Shown here piece after piece: positions 53,759-64,000 of a stretch of DNA of 64,000 bases (its first letter is position 1; each line of letters begins with the position of its first letter). This DNA comes from Paragordius varius (lineage: Eukaryota > Animalia > Nematomorpha), in NCBI GenBank assembly GCA_964247055.1, contig OZ176050.1, forward strand, positions 3,906,001 through 3,970,000, in the 5' to 3' direction. The notes below the pieces were generated by a model. It ran no database searches, was not told the origin of the DNA, and saw nothing but the letters and a program-made list of their open reading frames with translations. The position numbers and the translations under genes were made by a program.

Positions 53759-56368
53759 TAAGGTGACCAGATTTTTTGAAGGAAAAAGCGGGACAAATCT
53801 GAGAAGGGGGGGGGGGGGGGTCATTGGGGGGTACAACCAAAAATTTTTATACAAAAAATTTATTGTAATATTTATTTATTTTTAACACAAATACATTATA
53901 AATATAAAAAAATTTGTACCTCACAGGTGTACCTTATTCAATAAATTTACATGTGCACGAACAAAGGGTGAAGTGATTGTAATATTCTACATAAAAATAA
54001 TAAAGACGAAATCATCACAAAGTGCGCTGGGTGATGCAAGAAGCGGCACAAAAAATATTTTTAACAATTTAGCGAATATTCTTAATCAAAACATTATTGG
54101 CAGATAAACAACGCTATTTAAACAGCTACTGATTTGTTACGCCTGGATGTGGAAAATATATATTTTAAAATGCTTGGATATTGTAGAACTGTTGGTTAGC
54201 TCTTTTGCCAGCGATTGAAATATTTATAAAAATGTGATCTCCTAGAATCCTATTTTTTATCACAGGACATAGGTCAAAATTCCAAGTCAAAAAAGGTTAG
54301 AAAATAATTTTATACCATTATCTAATCGCATTATTATAAAGCATCCAGAAAAACAAGGCTCAATGAATAGCCAGATATAAAAATGTTTTATACGAACAGA
54401 AACGATTATTTGGAAGACAAGACGGTGCACAATAACACTTTTTTATGAAGTCTCATTATTAAATAAATATATTGAATGAAAACATATATTATGCACAACA
54501 GAAAAAAATACGTAGGATAGAAATGGTTAAAATAAACATTAAACAAATTATTTTCCATACAATAATATTTTAATTGTAGAATTTGCATTATCTTTGAACC
54601 ACTGCTATTGAACACGTTTTTTCACAGTAAATTAAGTAAGGACACGGTCAAATTTAAATGTTGAATAAAAGCCATTTTATGTGTTCAAATATAATTTGAC
54701 AAATTATGAAGACTTACAATATTTTAAGTAATTTTGTTTATTTTTAACACAAAAACTTTAAAGAAAATATTTTATTCTTTGGTATATTTTTTGTTTGAGT
54801 GAATGATTGTCATCATTTTTTAAAATCTTGTAGAAGTCTTCACAAGAATTTGTCAAATCATATTTGACAGATAAAACGGCCTTTAAAGTTTCAACCTTTA
54901 AATTTGATTTTTCCGATGTCCACACCTGATTTACTGTGGAAAAAACGCGCTCAGTAGCAGCGTTGGTTCCAGGTAAAGATATTGCGAATTCCACAATTTT
55001 TAAAATATTATTGTATGTAATATAGTTGGTTTCTAAATGATGAAATATTTCCAACCATTTCTTTTCTACTGTATATTTTTCTTTTGTCCATAATTTAAGT
55101 TTTTCATTATTAATATATCTTTTAACTAATGATACTTCAGAAAAAAGATCATTTTCTGAAAGATTACTTTTTGAGAATTTTTGGGAGCAGATATAATCAA
55201 ATGATTTTTGAACATCGCACCAATTAAATTCTGATTTTAATGTTATCCAATGAAAATGATCAATTTCATTGAATTGCGTCGTCCAGTCTTCCAAATAATC
55301 TTTACAGTTTGTATAAAACATTTTTATATGGTACAGGATATCTTGACGATTTATTAAGCCTTGTTTTTCTAAATTATTTATTATATTGCGGATGCTTAAT
55401 GGTATAAAATTATTTTCTAACCGTTCTTGACATTGGAATTTTAGGTTATTAACTTCATTGGCTACTTCGATTGCCCAAATTTTGTCACCTTCTATAAATT
55501 TAATAACATTTGAAAGAGAGAAGCTTGATTATGTAAGAAATCTAACCATATTTTTAAAGAATCACTTTCAAAAAACTTTTTTAAAGTTGTAGGACATTTG
55601 TCCTGTGATAAAAAAATGATTTTAAAGGATCATACATTTTTAAAATTCTTTCGATAGCTGGCATAAAAGCTAACCAACGAGTTTTACAATATCCAAGCAT
55701 TTTTTGAAATTGAACTTCTGCATTTTCACAGTTCTTTAAGCGTTTCAACATGTACCGTGTATATATAAAAATAGGAATATATTTTAACAACTACATTTTC
55801 CACATCTAGGTGTAACAAATCAGCAGCTGTTTGAATAGCGTTGTGTATTATATGCGCTGCACTCCCAACGCCAATAATGTTTTTGATTAAGATTATCTGT
55901 TAATTTATGAAAAATATTTTTGGTTCCCCTCATTTGTCTTTTAAGCTACCGATTTGTGGTATCAATTTATCTTTTAAGCTGCCGATTTGTGGTATTTAAT
56001 TGGCTTTTTAATAATGTTGACAAGTAATCAAACTAAAATATTAGTATAATAAATATTATATTACCTTAATTTTCTGGAATAAAGGTGTAAGATACCGATT
56101 TGTGGTATCAATTTGTCTTTTAATCTAGAGATTTGTAGTATTAACTTGGCTTTTGATAAATAATGACAGTAGTAGTAGGAAGGAAAGTGTATAATCATAT
56201 GATATAAATTCGAAAAAAATAAATATTTTTAATTTAAAAATACGGTTAAAAAAATTTATTTGTATTAAAAAAAAATTATTTTTATATAATCGTTAAAAAG
56301 CGGGACATTTTAAAAACGTAGCGGGACCCTGGACAAAGTGTGAAAAAGCGGGACGTCTGGTCACCTTA
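53759..56368 (-). mobile_element. hAT element H3: recombinant, internally deleted
   Basis: Both TIRs present, but the left flank is CCCATACA (the H1 TSD) and the right flank TGTATATA (the H2 TSD). The N-terminal transposase region is deleted near 55932. Confidence 0.88.
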
Positions 56369-57452
56369 TGTATATATAACAAATTATTTATAGTTTTTAG
56401 AAATTGGAATAACCTGATACACATCTAAGTGAACTTAGCTTCTTTAAAAAATATATTTGGAACACACATTCAAATTTTTTTATAAGGTATGCAATTGTTT
56501 TAACTAATATTTTAGATTTATTTGCTGTCAAAGCAATGCGATGGTCTGTATATAAGCGTAATATTTATGATGCATTCCTTAAATGTCCGCCAATTTTCAC
56601 CCTTCATTTTGAAAACGCCATTTTTTATTACATCCTGATTTACATCGAAACATGCAAAACGAGAGAGCCCGTGATTTGTTAATAAACGTTTTAGAAAAGT
56701 AAAAAGAGTTTATATTTCATAGATACCCTATACTGTATTCAAAAAGAAAACAAATTCAATCCGAGTTAAAGAAGATTGGGAGAAGCTTTATTTAGTGAAA
56801 AGGGAATTGGATTATGACATAATATTAAACCAAATTATAAAAATGTTTAATAATATCAAGTACACTTTAAAGAAGAAATTAAGAAAATTCAATGAAACAG
56901 ACATAAATTCCCCTAAGTTTTTTGCATATGAAAATAAATTAATCTCGCTAAGAGAGATTCCAAGAACCAAAGAGGCTGTCAATACAATTCCTTTAAATTT
57001 TGTAATCGGGTCCCCTACAAATAATGAGTTTTTAAACTTTTAATTTTAAGTGATACCACAATTAATCTACCAATTAATCGTTCGCAAATACTACAAATAA
57101 ATTTCAGTAATCTTTATTTAATTAATGCGTAGATTACTAACAAAAAGGATAATAGCCAGGCGCTCAGAGGCCGAATGATTATAAATCTTTATTAAGGTTC
57201 ACTCCTGAAACGGTTGATTTTATAATAAACGAGATATTTCCACTACATCTTAGACCCACACAACGAAAAGGTTTTTTGACGTACAAACGGTATGTTATAG
57301 ATCCGGGATTTCGACATGGAGTCAGCAATAATTTTGGGATATCCCGAAGCTATGCGACACGAATAATATCCTATGTCAGCCACTATTGTAGCAGACTACG
57401 CCAAAAATGGATTTAAAATTAAACGCATTTTAATATTTTCTAAGTTAGTCAT

Positions 57453-57849
57453 AGCTTTTACTGAATTTTTCAAATAAAATTTTACCTAGTTTGTTTTACA
57501 CTTTCTTTCATCATTAAAATATCCAATTATAAATGTTTTTTCATTTTTTTGGTTCACACATATGGAATAATTGGATATTTTGCAAAGTGCTTGATTGTTT
57601 TGTTTTTCGAAATGACTGGATAGATAATGTTTTAAGGATGCATGTTAACAATTTTATATTTTTAATAAGCAAATTTCAATAAAAATATATCAAAAACAAT
57701 ATAATCTTACTATCTCTCTTCCAAAAAAAAATTACCAACAATTTTTCAGAAAACAGCTGTTATTTTAAATAACCATGGTCAAAAAATAAATAATCACTGA
57801 CCTGGTCATGAATCGGTCAATTGACCGGATGACTTGGTCAGCACAACCT
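57453..57849. mobile_element. Right half of a TAGGGTTG-type MITE (family of 7950-8668) at a rearrangement junction
   Basis: Matches 8245-8668 and joins 40620-like sequence through a short cat(a) microhomology; its right flank differs from that of the 7950 copy. Confidence 0.65.
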
Positions 57850-60423
57850 ACCCACCATAGAATAATTTATGGAGGCAATTCCAAAAACTACTGAGAGCAA
57901 ATCATGATTCTAGGGGTCGGGTGATAAAAAAAAATTTTTTGACTTGGCTTGCAAGTTTTTCAGGTCATGGCTTGCTTTCATGTGAAAAAAAATTTAACAT
58001 TACACAACTTAAGTCAAGCAAGAAAACTTGATAAGGAGGTGATAAAAAATATGTTCAAGTAAAACTTAAAGATTTTGCAAGTGTGGTGTAGGGCACACTT
58101 CACAGATTTAAAAATATGGATAAAATTATTTTGGAAACTATGTGCAAAATTTAGGTTTTATATGTAATTCAAACCTTTGTTAATGCTATAAATTGTTAAT
58201 TTGATAAGTTTTGGCTAATTAATCCATTGATTGGGTGGATACAAAAAAGGATAAATTTATAGAAAAACTCTGCTAATATTAAATAACATGGCACATAAAA
58301 ATATGCTAAATATATCAATTCCGTGACCGCAAAAAAAATAGATTTTCGAAAATTTCTTAAAATTAAAAATTAAATATTAATCTTGTAAAATTTATCTTCG
58401 TTTATTAAAAGCAAAACGTCACTTTTATCAAATGAATTATTCCATCATACATTTATTTCGAATGTAATGTATATTAAAAATAATTTTGTTATATTGTTTA
58501 AACATTTTCCCATTATATTTGCAACTGGACTCCAAACAAAATAAGTAGTGTGGTAAAATAATGGAAAGTGGTTTAAGGGCGAATGGTTTCATCAATCTAA
58601 AAATTATTACCAGGCTCACAATTTTAAAAACTATTATATAAGATACGTGCCAGAGAGTTTGAAAACTTCATTAAATGCATATTGTATTTATTGTTTATAT
58701 TTTTGTGCCTTATTTCATAAATTTTAGCTGAAAATGATCAAAAAAATTTCCATAAAATTCGAATTGGGTGGCAAAAAATACATTCATAAGCAAAAGACTC
58801 AACTTAAGTGTTTTTTTATCACCGATCTTCAAGTGTACACTTGCTGGCTTAAGTAATCTTGCTCAACTTGCCACACTTGGCTTATAAGTCAAGTGGGACT
58901 TTTTTATCAGCCCACCCTAGGTATCCTCCGTAAAAAAAATTAATCAAGCGCTTTTTTTGTATCAGCTTCTGGGTAGGGAGCTACTCGCCTAAACTGCGCC
59001 ACCATATCAAAATTGCGTTCTTTAGGAGTTAATTATCAAAAATCAGGCCTTATAAGTTTTATAAGGACCTGAAATACTACCCGTAAAAAGGCAAAAATAA
59101 GTCGAGCGGTTTTTTTGAGTTAGCGGTTAAAAAAGCCCTTTACACCCAAAAAATGCGCTATCATTTAACTATTATTTTGCCATTCTTCCATAAACTATTA
59201 AGAGGATATGGAATGAATGATGATTCCAGGTATTTCCATATAAAGGCAAAAAATATTATCGTCTTTTTTATATTCGCCTCAGTGTAGGGAGTACCCGCCT
59301 AAAACTGCGCCATCATATCGAAATTGGGTTGTTTAGGAGTTATTTTAGAAATCAGCCATATATGTTTTATAAGGGAATGAAATATTACCCCGAGCGGATT
59401 TTTTAAATTAGCGGTTAAATAGGCTCTGGGTAAGGGGCAACCCCCGTAAAAATGAGTCACTATATCGATGCAGCATGCTTTTGGAGCCAAATTTCAGAAA
59501 AGATATGAGACTATGTGACTTCATAAGGGCCTAAAATATTTATCACCCCTTAAAAACAAATATTTTAGTATAGGGGGTTAAGTGGCTAATAAAAGTTTTA
59601 CGCCCTGAAAAATTCGCCGCCATAGAACAATTTTTTTGATCTAAAGCAATATTTCCAGTAACTTATAAGAACATTTGGACATTATAATTCTTGTTCCCCA
59701 TATAATGACAAAAAAATTTCTCGACGCTTTTTTATACCTGCCTCTGGGTAAGAAGCTACCCGCCAAAACTGTGCCACTATATGATTGCGTTGTTTTAAAC
59801 TAATTTAAAACTTATGCCATATGAGCTCATTTAAAGTTCGAAATATTACCCTAACTAGGTAAATAAGGTCAGGCTTTTTTAACCGTTATTTTGGGGCTTT
59901 TACGCCCTAAAAATACGCCATCATATAATGATTATTTAGTGTTGATTTATTCGAATAACCCATGAGACGATGGTCTCAAAGATGATTCCAATTATTTTCT
60001 CTATAAAGGCAAAAAATTTAATTTAGCGCTTTTTTCATATAGAACTATGGGCAGGGGTCTACCGGGACGCCATACAAAAATGCCGTGTTGGAGTTAATTT
60101 AGCCATATGAGTTTAATAAAGACTTTAATTAATTAATACCCATAAAAAAGTAAAAATTATAGTATAGCGGTTTTTTCCATTAGCCGTCAATTTGGGGCCT
60201 TTACACCAGTAAACACTATATAAGTATAAATGCACCGTTTCAAAATCCTATGAGATCATAGCTATTAAATAATGTTTCGAAACAATCCACATATATGGAT
60301 CATTTTGTTCCCTTTTTTCAAATAGCCCCCCTCTCTCAGATGTCGGAACAACTTCCTCGGGCTGCTTCTTTTTGAGAATAGTTTTACTGCGTATATGAAG
60401 TAGCAGCAGGAGATTTACGCTAG
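57850..60423 (+). mobile_element. Helitron, 5'-truncated, with intact CTAG|T 3' end
   Basis: Internal repeats as in 9150-10330; 3' end CCTCGGGCTGC...GTAGCAGCAGGAG ATTTACG CTAG|T, homologous to the end at 713. Confidence 0.75.
57914..58917. mobile_element. About 1-kb TIR MITE, possibly PIF/Harbinger-like, nested in the Helitron
   Basis: Imperfect TIR GGGTCGGGTGATAAAAAA / TTTTTTATCAGCCCACCC; 3-bp TAG duplication whose removal restores the Helitron repeat motif atgattctaggtatcc. Confidence 0.55.
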
Positions 60424-60427
60424 TATA

Positions 60428-60726
60428 CCATTTACATTTCAAAATCACCCTCGAACTCAAATTCACCCTCGAGCAATTCAAATTCACCCTAAAAAATAAA
60501 TTATGTGATACGAATATAACTCATTATTAATATGGAAATATAACTTTCGGCATAGTTTTATATTTTTTTAGCATTTTATTTTTAAAAATATATAAAAATA
60601 TTGGTAATTTTTAATCTTAAAAAACATATACTTTATTTGAGGGTGAATTAGAATTGTTTAAGAGTGAATTAGAATTGTTCAAGGGTAAATTTGAATTGTT
60701 TAAGGGTGAATTTGAATTGTAAATGG
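60428..60726. mobile_element. Small foldback MITE with 21-bp subterminal repeats
   Basis: CCATTTAC termini flanked by TATA; unit CACCCTCGAGCAATTCAAATT on the left and inverted on the right; related right-end remnant at 35370-35470. Confidence 0.7.
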
Positions 60727-60867
60727 TATATCATATAAATAACAAGATAATATGTTAATTAATTATTTATTACAATATACAAATTTTCTATATATATTTG
60801 AGAACAATATAAAACTATCACATTTTATGAGCGGTAATCTTCCGATCAATTAACATTAATTGGTTTA

Positions 60868-62456
60868 TTATGTGGTAGAAGTTGCAGGAGGAACAAATTC
60901 ATGATTTTTGAAATGTATTCGATCAGATGTTTCCCTGCCATTCTGCCAAATGTCATTGGCATAACGATGATTATTTTTCGTGTTAAGGGAAAGGGGAGAC
61001 GCTTGAAATAATCCCACCGTTTTTTGTTTAAATGTGTTTGGAATTAATCCAAAACGTTGCAGGATTATTATGCCAAGCATAAAAACAGTCAGGACAAATA
61101 GGGAACCAAAAATGTATGTTTTTTGTTTATATTTCTGCAGCTCACGTTGATCGGGTTGTTTGTTGACCAATTTTGTCGTTGTACGATTGCTTAACAAGGA
61201 GGAAATTATCGAAGACGAGGTTGTTAAATCCGAAATATATTTACTGGGAGTACTCGTATCTATTTGTCGAACGGTTGATTTAGCACGTACAATAACGTTT
61301 GGTGGTTTATTTTCCGAATCACAAAAAGGGGAGAGTTTTTCAATTAAGCTTGCATCAGTTAACGATATTTCTGTTATGTTGTAATCGAGATTAGAACACG
61401 TTCCTATGATTTCAAGACCAGACACTTCACTAACATCAATATAATCCATATATTCCATATGCACCGTTTTCTGTCCTTGGTTTGATATATATTCATTGTT
61501 GTACCAATATGCCAAATTATAAGTGTCACAATCACACACAATGGGGTTATCTATAAATTAGATGTGCATTGAATTAAAACAATGGATTAATTTATTTTTT
61601 GTTAAGAAAATGTTTTTAATAGGATAAAAACAGAAAAATTGATAATACACAGACTGAGACTATATTTTAAAAAGGAAACCAATCTTAATTTTTTTAATGT
61701 ACGTCGTTTTGGTTTGCCGAATGGGGTTGATGTAAATTGATATGCGCTTAATTATATAAATTAATTATACGAGTATTAAAAATCATGGTTTTAAAAAACC
61801 TGATTGGTTGTCTTTTCAATAAAAATTTGTTGTTTACTTTTAACGTTTAGTCTGCATATTTTAAATTTTTACTGTAATGATACACCCAATAAAAGAGAGT
61901 CTTACCATGTAAATATATGCGTTTTTTCAGGCTAACTTTGATCAGATCCAGAAGCCCGTCGATACTTTTAATTTTATTTTTGTTTAATATAAGGCTGGTG
62001 AGATTTTGATAATTTTGAATGGATTCAAAGGGAAATTCCGTCAGAAGGTTATTTCCTAACCATATTGTATTAATATTGGTAAGAATTTTGTCATCAAGCA
62101 GTTCAAATCTCTTGATTTTATTACCATTTAAATTGAGAATTTGTAATTTTGCATTTTGACTGAATGCATGGGGTGCCACCTCAATAATATTATTATATCC
62201 CAAATTTAAAGATGTTAAATTAGGGAGATTCCTTAATAAACCAACTGGAACCCGTTTAATATGGTTATGGGACATGTGTAAGCTCGTAAGGGTAGATTGT
62301 GAATCCATCAAAAAATCGTTTGGAGGTGATTCAATCTTATTTGCATCCAATATTAAATGTGTTAAATTGGTACAGCCCGCAAAAACTTCTGGTTTCAGAC
62401 TATCATCAGTCAATAAATTTTGAGACAAAATGATTGCGGATAAATTGGACAAATGT
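60868..62456 (-). CDS. LRR transmembrane receptor-like protein, copy 4 (inverted, 5'-partial); complement(join(60868..61550,61906..62456))
   Basis: Exons 2 (551 bp) and 3 (683 bp) are intact with conserved splice sites. Intron 1 runs off the window, so exon 1 cannot be assessed. Confidence 0.85.
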
Positions 62457-62794
62457 CTAAATACAGTTGTATTTATATATAACGTTTAGTTTTTAGTTCA
62501 TGTTATGACCGACCTTAGATAATTGAATTGATGAAGCTCTCATTCTTCTTAAAAAACAAATAGGAAAAAAGCTCAACTCAAGCGTTAAAAAAACTTAAAT
62601 ATTTTTTCCTCCTTTAACTATGAAATGGTAAATTACAAATATAATGCAGACACGCATTTTAATGATAAGTCAGTCATTGGTCACTACTATGGCGATTGCA
62701 ACCTTAAGTAGAAATAAAATAAATCTTTAAATTGCCAACAAATATACAAATGAAAAATCAAATAAATACAAGTTTAGAAATAACCTTGTTATGT

Positions 62795-64000
62795 CTTAGA
62801 GTGCTTTAAAATTGCCCTATGACCATATTGATATATAATTTTTTTTATTGATGAATTTTTAAAATACACAAACAAATTTTCGTAGATTTTGTTTTTACCC
62901 AGTTTGAATGTAGAAAAATTTCCTTACATTAGAATGATTTCAAAATGTTGGCACACGTTGAATCTGTTTCTTTATTCTATTTTCTTTTCTATTTTGACAT
63001 TTTTATTGAATTCCTTTTTTGTATTTAACCAAGCATTTCACTAAAACTTCCATATTTCATTGCTATCCTGCATCATTTTTAATAACTCATTCCCATAAAA
63101 TATTTTTCAAAAAAACATCATTAAATTTTGAGCTGTTTTTTATATCATAATTCAAATTATAATCCTAATTTTTTGAAAAAATCTACATATTTAAACATAA
63201 ATTCAAAGGATGACATCTACTGCTAAAAAACATAAATTATCCGATGAAAATCGCTTCTAAAAAAACAATGGGAATAAAAATTCTTTGTCGTTCAAAATAA
63301 AAATGTTGTTGACTGCCATATATGTAGGATAACATAATTATATAAAAATACAATATTGATACACATTTTACAATCCATTTTCGTAAATTACCCGAAAATC
63401 ATGAAGAAAGAAACGAAAAATATAAAAAGATTAAGGAATTATAGGCTAAATCTAAAATGTCCATAGCTTTTTCCCAGGAAAAAGCTTTAACATTAGCTTG
63501 GTATGAAATTTGCTATATTTAAGGAAAAAATATGAAACTGTTTACTGATTCCCAACTAATAATGTCTAATAAATTGTTGCACTTTTTTTTGATAAATTCC
63601 ATAAAGATCAAATCATAAGGCAAATTAAAAAAACTTCAACTTTCTGATTCAACATGTGCTCGGCGCATTCAAGATATGTCTAAATATATTTTTGACAATA
63701 CATTATTGGCTCTGAAAAACTGCAAATATTTTAGTATTGCTATTGATTTTAGGACTGATATTACAACACCTCAATGTGCGCTCTTTGTGAGATTTTGTAA
63801 CGACACCATGATCAACGAGGAATATTTAAAATTTTTACCAATGAATAATACCACGAAAGGAAGTTTTCTCGAATTAATTAGCACTTTTTTCGATAATATT
63901 ATGAAATTGGTGATCTGCACACATATCTGTCCCTTTATGATTGGAATAAACAAAGGATTTCCTCTTTTGAAAAACAAATATAATTTGCAAAATATTTTAT
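62795..64000 (+). mobile_element. Intron-1 hAT of copy 4 (paralogue of 43184-45477), one TIR deleted
   Basis: Inverted match to about 44250-45455. The 43 bp holding the TIR, TSD and adjacent intron are missing at 62794/62795. Confidence 0.85.

Noticed and set aside
18375-56368. Duplication as an uncollapsed-haplotype artefact
   Set aside because: Units differ by several kb-scale insertions with clean TSDs, conversion tracts and orientation. Judged unlikely, but only long reads can exclude it.

Overview
Very AT-rich eukaryotic, apparently invertebrate animal, genomic DNA. I found no rRNA, tRNA genes, CRISPR or prokaryotic features. The host content is an array of four paralogues of one three-exon gene for a single-pass membrane protein: signal peptide, Cys-capped LRRNT, about 15 LRRs, LRRCT, Ser/Thr stalk, TM helix and a short non-TIR tail. 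Copies 1-3 are tandem on + (CDS starts 2573, 19457, 42225). Copy 4 is inverted, with exon 1 beyond the window end. Intron phases match in all copies, so frames are intact (677, 686, 715 aa). The copies differ preferentially at exposed LxxLxLxxN positions, exchange sequence tracts, and vary in stalk length (copy 1) and tail (copy 2). The rest is layered transposons, many confirmed by TSDs and empty paralogous sites: Helitrons, a Ty3/gypsy element with nested hAT, RTE LINE fragments, three Blackjack-like hATs (one with mismatched TSDs, implying recombination), two palindromic Chapaev3 elements, a 1.5-kb non-coding retroposon and several MITEs. All comparisons were made by eye; no database search was run.
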